Assembly: GCA_964624665.1 (NCBI GenBank)
Contig: CAZUZG010000001.1
Location: forward strand, 7,310 to 71,309
Direction: 5' to 3'
DNA: 64,000 bases
From: an uncultured Candidatus Saccharibacteria bacterium
GTDB taxonomy: Bacteria > Patescibacteriota > Minisyncoccia > Phycocordibacterales > UBA9973
Part shown: positions 27,662 to 37,436 of the stretch, piece after piece
Layout: each line of letters opens with the position of its first letter
How positions within the stretch are numbered: the stretch's first letter is position 1
The notes under the pieces: model-generated
Seen by the model: only the letters and a program-made list of their open reading frames with translations
Database searches by the model: none
What the model was told of the DNA's origin: nothing
Translations under genes and position numbers: made by a program

Positions 27662-30600
27662 CTACTTATTGCTTACAGAGTCCGGCAATCTGTTATCTGT
27701 ACCCTTGTTTTCTTTTTTAAATCCATGACCTTTACCTAACCTAGCCGGGAAGCTAATTATTTTTCTGAACAAATTTTCAAAACCAACTGTTTTTTGATCA
27801 TTTTCTTTACTTCCAGATTTATCTCCTTTTACCCAATTAATAAAGTGACCAAATTCATGCCATGCAACAATTGACTTTGAGAATTTATTTGATACCGTTT
27901 TTTGCTCACCATCATCTAATATTTTATCAGCGTCTTCAACTTCTTTCTGATCAATATCAAAATCTAACAAATTGTATTTAACTTTAGGATTAAGGTCAAT
28001 ATCAACTTTAACAACCCCCTCTTTGGATGCGTCATCGTAACTCTCTGTCGGCAATTCAGTAACACCAGGCGAACTACCTGTTCCAATTCGAGTAACCTTA
28101 ACATTTACTTCTACTTTTTGATTGTTAACTATATTGTTTACAAATTCCGACATCAGAACTTCTTGTGCTTCACTGGTTTTAGTAAAATCCGCTTTGGTTT
28201 GATCAAAGATTAATTTATTATTTTCAAATCTGAATGCATCTTTATTGTCTCCAAATGCTTGTTCTAACGCTAGTGTAACTCGCTTCTGAGCTTTTTTATT
28301 TTTAGCAATTAAATCTCTTCCATCATAATCTTGGAAAACAATTGGATTGTCTAAAGAAAAATTATACGGAGAAGAACCTGGGTACTTTTTAAAAAGCGGG
28401 TCGACACTTAACCAGCCACAAATCCTTGAGTCATAAATCCTTGCACCAAAGTCTAAACTATTCCCATTTCCTTTAATTTCGTCATCTTTCTCTTTTCCAT
28501 TAAAGCCATAACGATAACCTTCCGAACTTGCATAACTCCTTTTCAAAATCGGCATACCGAAAGCGTAGTAATCTGAATACTGAATAGCTTCGGCAAAATT
28601 GGTAATTGTTCCACCTGTTAAAATTGCTCCTTTACGGGCACTTATAATTGCACGCACATTACTTAGGTGGTCTTTCAATTCATATGTATGAGTTGCTACC
28701 ATCCTGTCGAATATACCTTCATTAGTTGTAATTAACTGAAGCTTATGCAGCTGTTGTGATAATTTACCGGATAGCAAATAGGTATTATCTGATAAGGCTG
28801 TATTGTCATCTACGCTTAAAGTATTCGTAGTAAAGGTATTTGCAATATGCTCGTCTATTAAAGACCAGCCCGTGTTTTCACTATTGCTTACATATATCAC
28901 CTTATCACTACCAATCCCACGTCGTATATCGCCTTCCTCGCTTAGCATATAAGTACTAGTTGCTAATGAAGACTGGTATTGCCAAATGACTTTATCGCTG
29001 GTTACTCCTGCAGATACTGTTAATGGTGTCAGTAATCGCTGGCTGTAATATAAATAACCGCTTTGGTGCGAGTATTCAATACCTGCATCTTTACCCGTTA
29101 AATCCGCAAGGGAAGCATTAAAATCACGCCCCGTTACCGCATGGTTTACATCCAATTGCCAGCCTATTAATTGGGCCGGGCGGAAATCGTACCAGCCTGT
29201 GGCTAATCCGGTAAACGCCACTGTTGTCAGCTGTTTACCATCAGGTGACAATTGTATGTCACCTTTTCCATCAGATGTCGTTACATTGCCAATAACATCT
29301 GCCACAACGGGGCCTGTAATATCTCCTGCGGGAGTAATATTGTAGGCTATAAGCTCCGTTTCATTAGCTCCTGAAACATAACGTGTCTGATATAAAACAG
29401 AATTTTTATTTGGGCGGGCATCTTCAAACAAAGCCATGTAATTACCCTTGCCAGCTCCTAATGGGACATTTATACGGCTTGCGTCAATATCACCCAGAGG
29501 GTTTGCCCCCACTGCTGCATTTCCGGCAAGACTCATATCTACTACATGATAATAACTGTAACCTGAAACATCTACAGTGAACACAAAATATTCAGACGGA
29601 GCAGCGGGATTACGCATAATGACAGGTTTAGAAGCGCCTGAAGCCAAGATTCCCAATCCTGCATTTGGCATCAGGTTCCAGTCCTTATCATAGATCATAA
29701 ATGTATTCGTTGCTCCGTAATAATCATCCGCTACAGCAATGTAAAACAATGGATTACCGTTTTCGTCTTCTACAACTGCCATTCCTCTACTGAGCGTTCC
29801 TTCAAACTCTAATTTGTTGAAGGCCGTTGTTGTGCCCAAGGCATCAATATCCACATCTTTCAATTGAGCTTTAATTACAGTTCCACCTGCAATTGTTGTA
29901 TTTTGAGTACCTGAAGCCAACAGATGTGTATTCTCTGTTTTACTGATGCTTGTAATGCTGTTAAAACTCACATCATTTATATCAGCCATATCAAAATCTA
30001 CAATTCCAACTGTCATATTATTTACAATACGCATTCCGATACGGCCACTGCCATATATGGATTGTTCTTTTAATTTATACTCAGCCTGCATCACTTGTGG
30101 ATCTGCCGTTGTAAGATTCTTACGTTCATAAACAGCCATGATGTTTCCACCCGCATCATGAACGTAATATGTATACGCCCATAGATCCGGATCAGATATT
30201 CCAGAACCTGTGCGGGGCTTAAGTAATTTAAGAACGCGATTACCTCCAGCATCATACATAAATTCCATATCTGGTTTAGTACTACTTGGTATTCGAGTAA
30301 TACTTTTTATTTTTCCATAAACTGTCCAGTCAATTGTTGCAATTTCTTCAGCTTCGTCTTTTATTAAATTACCGATGCCATCGTAATCGTAATTGGTAGC
30401 GGCTTGCGTAGTAATGTCGTCCATGGTTCCATTCTGACTACCAGTAGCATTATCAGTTACGTAAGCCAGTTTATTGTTATTAGTTGGATCAACATAACTA
30501 TACGCTATATCATCAAAGAAATTACCCGTACCTTCAGATCTACGCGTAAGGTTTAGTAAATTACCATTAGGGTCGTAAGAATATGAAGTCGAATAATCAT

Positions 30601-33600
30601 CATTTGATGCGCCCCAACTACGTGAAGATGAATTGTAGTCTTTCTTAAACTCACTGTCCTTAATACGGTTCAGTTCGTCATAATGGAAAACCTGCCCCAT
30701 TAATTTACCGTCATCAGGATCATTCGCCACAGTAATACCATGATTAATACAGGTAGACCATGTTGAGATGTTACTATTAAACAAATCCTGCCCAGTATAA
30801 TTTAATGTAGCAAAATTAGAGGCTGTATATGAGTTCGTGTTACCTAGATCATAGTTAGTATTTTCATAATCATTCGTATAATAACCCAATGACATAGCGA
30901 AAACATCTTTTTCATAGGCGGAGCTTGTAAGCGCTTCGGGATCAGGTGAAATAGAACTGTTTATTTCCGGAAAATTTATCGCTTTTATGTATCCTTGTAT
31001 AGTATAAGCGTAATCAATCCCCTGTATATGATCCTGGCCTAATTGCTGTCTCTTTAAAGGACCGTGTTTGTAATAATCATATTCAGCATCATGTTCCCAG
31101 TTTAAATTATTATCTGATGTAAGTACTTCTATGAGTTGATTGTTTTCATCATAAATATATTTATGAAAAAAGCGATCGGAACGGGATTCATTATAACGCA
31201 CCATCAAAATCTTATTACTTATTAAATCATAATCGTACTTAATGTAGTTGTCAGAAAAGCCCGGAATAACCTGAATCAGCCATTCTACATTTCCATGTGT
31301 ATCATAGCTGTAATATGTATATGTTCCCTCTGATGTATATACATAACTAACTCTATTTTCAAGAAACTTTTGTGGATCACCGGCATAGCTAATACTCAAA
31401 TCTGGAATACCATAAACAGTAAAAGTTTGTTGTGTCCCGTTTAACGGAAAAGTATTATCATTTGTGTAGATAACATTATCAAGGGCAGAAAATGTCATAA
31501 CTCCACTAGGTAAAATAGCTTCACCAACCTCGATTATTCTATTTAAATCATCATATTTATTATACGAATAAACATTACTAATTGCCTGTTTTGCATTTTG
31601 AGAAAAACGCAACAAACGCTTATCACTATAAATGAATGCAGTGGTTCCTGCATCAAGAGTTTGTTGACTTATCAGTCCCTTTAAAGAATTATTATCGTAA
31701 CCACTTACAAAAGTATGATTAGGATGCATAGCCCTTGTTGTTGAACTAAGGTCAATACCTTTCGGTGGTACAGTACGTACAAGATTTTGAGCTCTGTCGT
31801 AATAGTACAAGGTAAAATGCTTCAAACTAATATCATAACAAACATGCAGGTTGTCATTAATATTATCTCCATTCGCACATTTCTGCGATAAAATTGCTTT
31901 CAACTCATCCTGACTCGCCAATTGACACTGTTCCTCTGGCGGTGGTGGTGGCGGTGGTGGTGGCGGTGGTGGTGGCGGTGGCGGTCCACACGGAGGAAAT
32001 GGACAATCCGGTATACACGGTGGAGCATCGCATGGAGGATCAGGTGGCGTGTATTTACCCTTCCAGCGGAAACACAGGTCAAAAGATCGTGTGACAGCAG
32101 TTGGGTTAATAAACAATGTTGTTGTTGAAGTACAACCAGAAACATCGGTAGCCGTGATAACATAATTTCCGGCGGCTATATTTATAGCAGAAGAAATACC
32201 TGTTGTATTATTGAATTCATTGTATTTTACAGAACCCGAAGGTTGCAAGGCCCACACAAAACTATAAGGAGCAATACCACCCGTTAAAGTAGCGGTAGCA
32301 TCGCAACTCGTTGTGCTTCCAAGAGCAGTCAGATTCATTACTGGAGGATCTGTTAATGTAACAGTGGCTGTTGCTTCGCAGCCACCAGCATCACTAACGG
32401 TTACCGAGTAGGCGCCAGCAGGTAAATTGTTAGCAAAGGCAAATATTGAAACGCTTGTATTAGAACTATTTGTCCAGTTATAGGTTACAGGAGGTGTACC
32501 TCCTGTAGCGGCAACAACTGCACTACCTGTAGAAGCTCCATTACATAAAGGATTAACAGCATTGTTAATTGCAGCATATAATGGCACTCCCGGTTTTACC
32601 GTAAAATTAACTGTAGCCGTACAACCATAATAGTCATCTACCACCGTTACCTGATAATTACCCGGAGCCAATGTGTTTTGTTCTTTATTAAAAGCAAGAG
32701 AAGTACCCGAACCTATGGCAACAGGGCTTCCGGTTGACATATCAAACCATGTAAAAATATAACCGGTAGGTACAGGCGATGTAGGAGTAGTATTAATACC
32801 TGCGGTCGCAATTACATCAGCCACATTATCGGCACAGGCCACTAAATTCTTTAAAGTAATATAAACAGAAGGTGTAACAACATTAACTGATTTAGTTACC
32901 GGAGGGCAATTGAAACCTACATCTGTAAACGTTAAGGTATAAGTTCCACCAACAGCCGGGTTAATAGAAGAGCCTGTAGATTGTCCCGAAGGTATCACCC
33001 CTCCGTTTGATGCTGTCCATAGATAGGTATAAGTGCCACTACCACCAGTAACAGTTGTTGTGATCTGTCCTCCTGTACCATCTGTGCATTTGATATTGGT
33101 GGCATTAAGTGCAATAAATGGCGAGAGAATTGTTAAAACACCTGTTCCTGTTCCTGTGGTAGCCGTTAAAGTACAAGTTTCGGAAGTAGCTATACAAGCC
33201 GTGTTTCCAAGCATGTTTGTTGCCGCTTGCAATTGCAATGGTAATCCACATGGTATAGCATCATCATCTGCAAGTGTATATGTAAAAGTTACGGATTGAC
33301 CAGGCGCAATACCTGAGGGTAAATGCCATTTAATATCCGAGTTAACAATGGTGTAATTAGGGGAAGCGACAGCCTGAACTCCCACAGGAACTGTCAATAC
33401 CAAATAACTGAAGCTACCTGTTGGTTGCATTCCGTTATTGGTAACGGTTATTGTTCCGTTAACTTCAGTAGAACCAGAATACATATTAACAGGAGCTATA
33501 GAAACTCCCAGATTTTCTAATTCAGGAAATCCCTGGATTTTGATTTTTTTACTGAAAGCCAAATTGATGTCATTGTTACAATTGGTTTTTCCAACTATAA

Positions 33601-36600
33601 AAAACTTAACGGGTAATCCCGGATCAAAGCCACAATTAGGAATTAAACTCAAATCAAGATTTAAGAGATTACCGTTTCCTCCTCCATTACCCGGAAGGCC
33701 ATTATTAATTGCAGAAATAGACGATGATAAATCCCAACAATATTGACCAGTTGCATTAGGTGCTCCTGCACAATTTACCGTTGTAGCTGCCGTCAAGGAA
33801 CCAGTAGCTCCGGTTCCAGGATACGCATACGTTGGATTATTTGGACTTACCAGAGTAACGTCATGCGGAAGTTCTGCTCTTAATGATAAATCATAAACAA
33901 AACCTAATTTCGTTGAAGTTAAATCAATTGAGTAGGCAACATCCGTACAAAGTTCATGTGGTTCTGCCGTTGTTTCTGCAACAAGCATTTGCAGATTGGC
34001 TGTTTTGTAACGCAGAAATAAATCCTGTGGGCCATTTGTGCAAAGTGCCGATAATACAGGAGATGAAGCATTCGGATAACCAGCGCAATCCCATCCGTAA
34101 TAAATTTTTAAATTATCTGTTACATCTTCCACACAGGCTGTATAGGTTGCATTAATACGAATATGCCTGTTTACACCTGCAGGTATAGTACCGGCTTGTA
34201 TGAAATATTTTTCGCCTCCGGCTGTTGGGTATTCAGATGGTGTTGGTAACCAAACGTTATTATCTTCGTCGTATGCAGAAACAATTGTGATGTTTCCAAC
34301 ATTTGATGCACTTGGTTCAATCGCCAGCCATGTGTTTGGAGCAGCCCCTTGTAAAACAGAATTATAAATAAAAACATCCCAGCTTACAACTTGTTGGATT
34401 CCATCTTGTGTGGAATTTACACCTAAGGTTAAATCAGGCTTGTTAAAGTGATAATTGAAAAAAGTCATATTACTGTAAAGCCCGGAGGTCTTACAAGCGG
34501 CATCGTATGAATGATCTGAGTAATACACAGTTGTATTGCTATTATGATCTCCGGCAGACGTTGTGCAAGAAGGAATAACAGTATAATCTACCTGAATGGA
34601 TGCGTTAGGTCTTTTATCTAGTAAGAACCAGTTAGAACTACTGGCCCATTGAAGCTGATTTCCAATAACGACGGGGTTACTTATAGTCGTTGTGCCATAG
34701 TTAGGCCCATATTGTGACATGGTGGTTACCGATGAAGAATTATAGTTAAAGCCCGAAGGTAAAAACGCAGTAAAAGAATTCATATCACCAACAGGTCTGA
34801 ACTCATTCGGGAAATCATCACCCGGGGATCCGCCTTGGTATCTAAAAAATATCCCGCCATAATTAATACAATCACTAGGTGTCGTGTAACCGTTTACATC
34901 AACAAGGGGTTTTAAAATAAAAAACCGACCTCCCCAACTTTCGCCGCCACACTGCAATCCACCCGTCATGCCAATGTATGTAACCCTGAACCGTGGTATC
35001 TCATAAAAAGCATAATCAGGAATAGAAGCATCTTTTTTTACCGTAAAATCTGCATCCAGATTTATGCTAACTTCCGGAGACGTTGTTGAAGGAAAATAAG
35101 TACCGGGTACCGTAAAATCAAAATAATAAACTCCGGCCGCGGAAGTTATGCTTGGCGCGGGAGCCGCCTGCGGGGTGCCGTTAATAGTGAAAATAGCTGA
35201 ACTAAAATTAAAATCCAAAATATTAACCGAAGGTGAGGGGGGCGTATAGTTCAGGATAATATGAATATTATCAACTCCGCAAAGCGGATCACCCGTAACC
35301 ACACCCAAGGCTTGTACATGAAAATCATCACATTCATAAGCTCTTTCCAGATCAACTCCAACAGAGTTTTCATCGGCATTGGCAGCTGCGTTGTAATCAC
35401 TTAAAGTCCACGCAGAGTTATCAGTATCGGGTTTATACTTTCCAAATGAAGTTCTCTTAATTATTAGGTCCGTTGGCCGTGGTTCACATCCTCCACTACC
35501 ACCACTACAGGCACTTATATGATTGTACACCTCTATTGTATGACATCCTAAAGGCTGTTTACAGCTGGGGCTGGATGTACAATACATATAATAATTCATT
35601 GGGATATTCTGGAATCCACCCTGAACGCCTGTTGTGCAATCAAATTCGATATCTATTTCTAATCTACCATTTCGCGGGTCGTTAGACTGAACAGGAATTG
35701 TCAAAATGCCATTAGAAAAATTGTAATTGCTTATTGAAACACCATTAAATCTAACGGGGTTTGCAGATGTTGAAGAAATAGAGTATCCAACAGGTAATGT
35801 TACAATCGCTTGATAATTTTCAGTTGAACAATCGATAAGCCCATATGGATTGTTACTTGCATATCCACTTAAATTATAGGCAAAAGTAGTGTTTTGGCTT
35901 GTGGCCATGTCAGTTGGTCCGGTTCCTGTAACTGATACAGTAGGAGAATAAGCAAATATTGAACTAAAGATAGCCGGCGAAATATGGTTAATACCGCAAA
36001 TATCATCCGTTGAGTAATTAGGCGCTAGACTCATTGAAAAATAATTTTGACAAGCATCAGGAAAAGAACAAGGAATTTGAAATCCTATTCGAACGGTAAG
36101 TGTTTCCTCATCAGGCAAGTCATCATAAAAGCCGTCACCATCCAGATCCTCCATTCCAAAACCCGAACCATCAGGATCGGCTGTACAGGCTGAAAAATCG
36201 AGATGAAATACTCCCTGAAATTGAGTAATAGTTAATCCTGTAATCTGATCTATAGGAGTATAACCGCCAATTGAGTTTAAAACAGACACACTATAAGTTG
36301 GACCTATATCAATCGTCATACTATTGTAAAAGAAATCGGCAATAAAATTTGTACCACCATCCTGTTTATCGAACTGACCTGAAGTTGTTCCTATGTTGTG
36401 GAAAGTAACATTAATTTCTCCGGATCCCCCCATATTAGCCGGAGTAATTACCGTCGTTTGTTTATCAATTACCGGCAACCCATTTAACGCATTAATATAA
36501 CTGTTAGCCTGGGCATCATTTTCTCCTGCATTACATAAATCAGGAGGGTTACTACCTACAAGCGGGGTACAACCCCATTCAACCGTATAGTCAGTTTGAA

Positions 36601-37387
36601 GTGATAAGCCACAATCATTCACATGAACCTGTTCCAATAAAACAAGCTCCTCATTTTGTGCTAAGTTGTAGGCACTTAAATCGAAGGTATACACACTACC
36701 CGATATAGAAGGAGTAATAACAGTGTTAGGTCCCTGAACAATAAGATTTACAAAAGTAAGTGTTGAAGGATAGGTAACAACTAATCTTGCACCATGCAGT
36801 GCGCCCAAACCAGTATTTTTAATAGATACCTGCCTTGTTTTGTTTTCGTTTATAACTGCATTCTGTGTTTGTGTTGAATTAATGATAGAAAGAATAAGGT
36901 CGGCATATTTTACATTATAGGAAGAAGAACCATTTGGTTCAGTAATATTTCCTGAAGTACTCCCTGCTACATAATCAACATCGGTATTGTTATGTACCAA
37001 TTGATTTGTAGGAAGCGTACTTATTATTTGACATCCAACTTCTGCACTGAAAACTAACGAAGTACTTTGTCCTGGTAGAATAGTTCCTGAGAAAGTAAAA
37101 GTGGGTGTAGCTGAAGGAGATGTTGGCCCTGCCCAACCTGTACCACTCGAAGTGCCGTTATAAATTACATGAGTTGGTAAACCCGGATGTAATGAAAGTG
37201 AAGTAATAGTCTCTGTATTATCAGACGAATTACTTACTGTTACTGTGAAGGTAGCAGCTCCCCCACAAACTTCTATGTAAGAAGGCACATCTGTGCTAAC
37301 AGTAATAAGTTGTGCCTGTGCAACTAAACTTCCGCCACATAACAGAAGTAGTAACAACAACCTGATTCGATTTTTAATTAAACCCAT
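27662..37387 (-). CDS. giant secreted RHS protein: Ig/SprB-like repeats, YD/RHS core, C-terminal HExxH toxin domain
   Basis: Signal peptide; SprB-type GGT.PY.Y.W repeats; YELKDHLSNVR, YRYGFNGKEKDDE..DFGARIYD..WLSVDPL..SPYNF..NPI..DYDG RHS core; WHEFGH in the tip. Confidence 0.92.
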   Translation of the reverse strand: MGLIKNRIRLLLLLLLCGGSLVAQAQLITVSTDVPSYIEVCGGAATFTVTVSNSSDNTETITSLSLHPGLPTHVIYNGTSSGTGWAGPTSPSATPTFTFSGTILPGQSTSLVFSAEVGCQIISTLPTNQLVHNNTDVDYVAGSTSGNITEPNGSSSYNVKYADLILSIINSTQTQNAVINENKTRQVSIKNTGLGALHGARLVVTYPSTLTFVNLIVQGPNTVITPSISGSVYTFDLSAYNLAQNEELVLLEQVHVNDCGLSLQTDYTVEWGCTPLVGSNPPDLCNAGENDAQANSYINALNGLPVIDKQTTVITPANMGGSGEINVTFHNIGTTSGQFDKQDGGTNFIADFFYNSMTIDIGPTYSVSVLNSIGGYTPIDQITGLTITQFQGVFHLDFSACTADPDGSGFGMEDLDGDGFYDDLPDEETLTVRIGFQIPCSFPDACQNYFSMSLAPNYSTDDICGINHISPAIFSSIFAYSPTVSVTGTGPTDMATSQNTTFAYNLSGYASNNPYGLIDCSTENYQAIVTLPVGYSISSTSANPVRFNGVSISNYNFSNGILTIPVQSNDPRNGRLEIDIEFDCTTGVQGGFQNIPMNYYMYCTSSPSCKQPLGCHTIEVYNHISACSGGSGGCEPRPTDLIIKRTSFGKYKPDTDNSAWTLSDYNAAANADENSVGVDLERAYECDDFHVQALGVVTGDPLCGVDNIHIILNYTPPSPSVNILDFNFSSAIFTINGTPQAAPAPSITSAAGVYYFDFTVPGTYFPSTTSPEVSINLDADFTVKKDASIPDYAFYEIPRFRVTYIGMTGGLQCGGESWGGRFFILKPLVDVNGYTTPSDCINYGGIFFRYQGGSPGDDFPNEFRPVGDMNSFTAFLPSGFNYNSSSVTTMSQYGPNYGTTTISNPVVIGNQLQWASSSNWFLLDKRPNASIQVDYTVIPSCTTSAGDHNSNTTVYYSDHSYDAACKTSGLYSNMTFFNYHFNKPDLTLGVNSTQDGIQQVVSWDVFIYNSVLQGAAPNTWLAIEPSASNVGNITIVSAYDEDNNVWLPTPSEYPTAGGEKYFIQAGTIPAGVNRHIRINATYTACVEDVTDNLKIYYGWDCAGYPNASSPVLSALCTNGPQDLFLRYKTANLQMLVAETTAEPHELCTDVAYSIDLTSTKLGFVYDLSLRAELPHDVTLVSPNNPTYAYPGTGATGSLTAATTVNCAGAPNATGQYCWDLSSSISAINNGLPGNGGGNGNLLNLDLSLIPNCGFDPGLPVKFFIVGKTNCNNDINLAFSKKIKIQGFPELENLGVSIAPVNMYSGSTEVNGTITVTNNGMQPTGSFSYLVLTVPVGVQAVASPNYTIVNSDIKWHLPSGIAPGQSVTFTYTLADDDAIPCGLPLQLQAATNMLGNTACIATSETCTLTATTGTGTGVLTILSPFIALNATNIKCTDGTGGQITTTVTGGSGTYTYLWTASNGGVIPSGQSTGSSINPAVGGTYTLTFTDVGFNCPPVTKSVNVVTPSVYITLKNLVACADNVADVIATAGINTTPTSPVPTGYIFTWFDMSTGSPVAIGSGTSLAFNKEQNTLAPGNYQVTVVDDYYGCTATVNFTVKPGVPLYAAINNAVNPLCNGASTGSAVVAATGGTPPVTYNWTNSSNTSVSIFAFANNLPAGAYSVTVSDAGGCEATATVTLTDPPVMNLTALGSTTSCDATATLTGGIAPYSFVWALQPSGSVKYNEFNNTTGISSAINIAAGNYVITATDVSGCTSTTTLFINPTAVTRSFDLCFRWKGKYTPPDPPCDAPPCIPDCPFPPCGPPPPPPPPPPPPPPPPEEQCQLASQDELKAILSQKCANGDNINDNLHVCYDISLKHFTLYYYDRAQNLVRTVPPKGIDLSSTTRAMHPNHTFVSGYDNNSLKGLISQQTLDAGTTAFIYSDKRLLRFSQNAKQAISNVYSYNKYDDLNRIIEVGEAILPSGVMTFSALDNVIYTNDNTFPLNGTQQTFTVYGIPDLSISYAGDPQKFLENRVSYVYTSEGTYTYYSYDTHGNVEWLIQVIPGFSDNYIKYDYDLISNKILMVRYNESRSDRFFHKYIYDENNQLIEVLTSDNNLNWEHDAEYDYYKHGPLKRQQLGQDHIQGIDYAYTIQGYIKAINFPEINSSISPDPEALTSSAYEKDVFAMSLGYYTNDYENTNYDLGNTNSYTASNFATLNYTGQDLFNSNISTWSTCINHGITVANDPDDGKLMGQVFHYDELNRIKDSEFKKDYNSSSRSWGASNDDYSTSYSYDPNGNLLNLTRRSEGTGNFFDDIAYSYVDPTNNNKLAYVTDNATGSQNGTMDDITTQAATNYDYDGIGNLIKDEAEEIATIDWTVYGKIKSITRIPSSTKPDMEFMYDAGGNRVLKLLKPRTGSGISDPDLWAYTYYVHDAGGNIMAVYERKNLTTADPQVMQAEYKLKEQSIYGSGRIGMRIVNNMTVGIVDFDMADINDVSFNSITSISKTENTHLLASGTQNTTIAGGTVIKAQLKDVDIDALGTTTAFNKLEFEGTLSRGMAVVEDENGNPLFYIAVADDYYGATNTFMIYDKDWNLMPNAGLGILASGASKPVIMRNPAAPSEYFVFTVDVSGYSYYHVVDMSLAGNAAVGANPLGDIDASRINVPLGAGKGNYMALFEDARPNKNSVLYQTRYVSGANETELIAYNITPAGDITGPVVADVIGNVTTSDGKGDIQLSPDGKQLTTVAFTGLATGWYDFRPAQLIGWQLDVNHAVTGRDFNASLADLTGKDAGIEYSHQSGYLYYSQRLLTPLTVSAGVTSDKVIWQYQSSLATSTYMLSEEGDIRRGIGSDKVIYVSNSENTGWSLIDEHIANTFTTNTLSVDDNTALSDNTYLLSGKLSQQLHKLQLITTNEGIFDRMVATHTYELKDHLSNVRAIISARKGAILTGGTITNFAEAIQYSDYYAFGMPILKRSYASSEGYRYGFNGKEKDDEIKGNGNSLDFGARIYDSRICGWLSVDPLFKKYPGSSPYNFSLDNPIVFQDYDGRDLIAKNKKAQKRVTLALEQAFGDNKDAFRFENNKLIFDQTKADFTKTSEAQEVLMSEFVNNIVNNQKVEVNVKVTRIGTGSSPGVTELPTESYDDASKEGVVKVDIDLNPKVKYNLLDFDIDQKEVEDADKILDDGEQKTVSNKFSKSIVAWHEFGHFINWVKGDKSGSKENDQKTVGFENLFRKIISFPARLGKGHGFKKENKGTDNRLPDSVSNK
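31937..31984 (-). repeat. poly-proline tract (16 CCA/CCG codons)
   Basis: (TGG/CGG)x16 on the + strand with 12-bp periodicity, inside the RHS gene. Confidence 0.95.
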
Positions 37388-37436
37388 AACTTTCTTTTTA
37401 TAACGTTTTACAAATAGCTTTTATCAATTTTATATA

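Noticed and set aside
31894-32163. Trp-, His- and Val-rich ORFs (WWWR, HRHHH, VVVA)
   Set aside because: Alternative-frame and antisense readings of the poly-proline codons.
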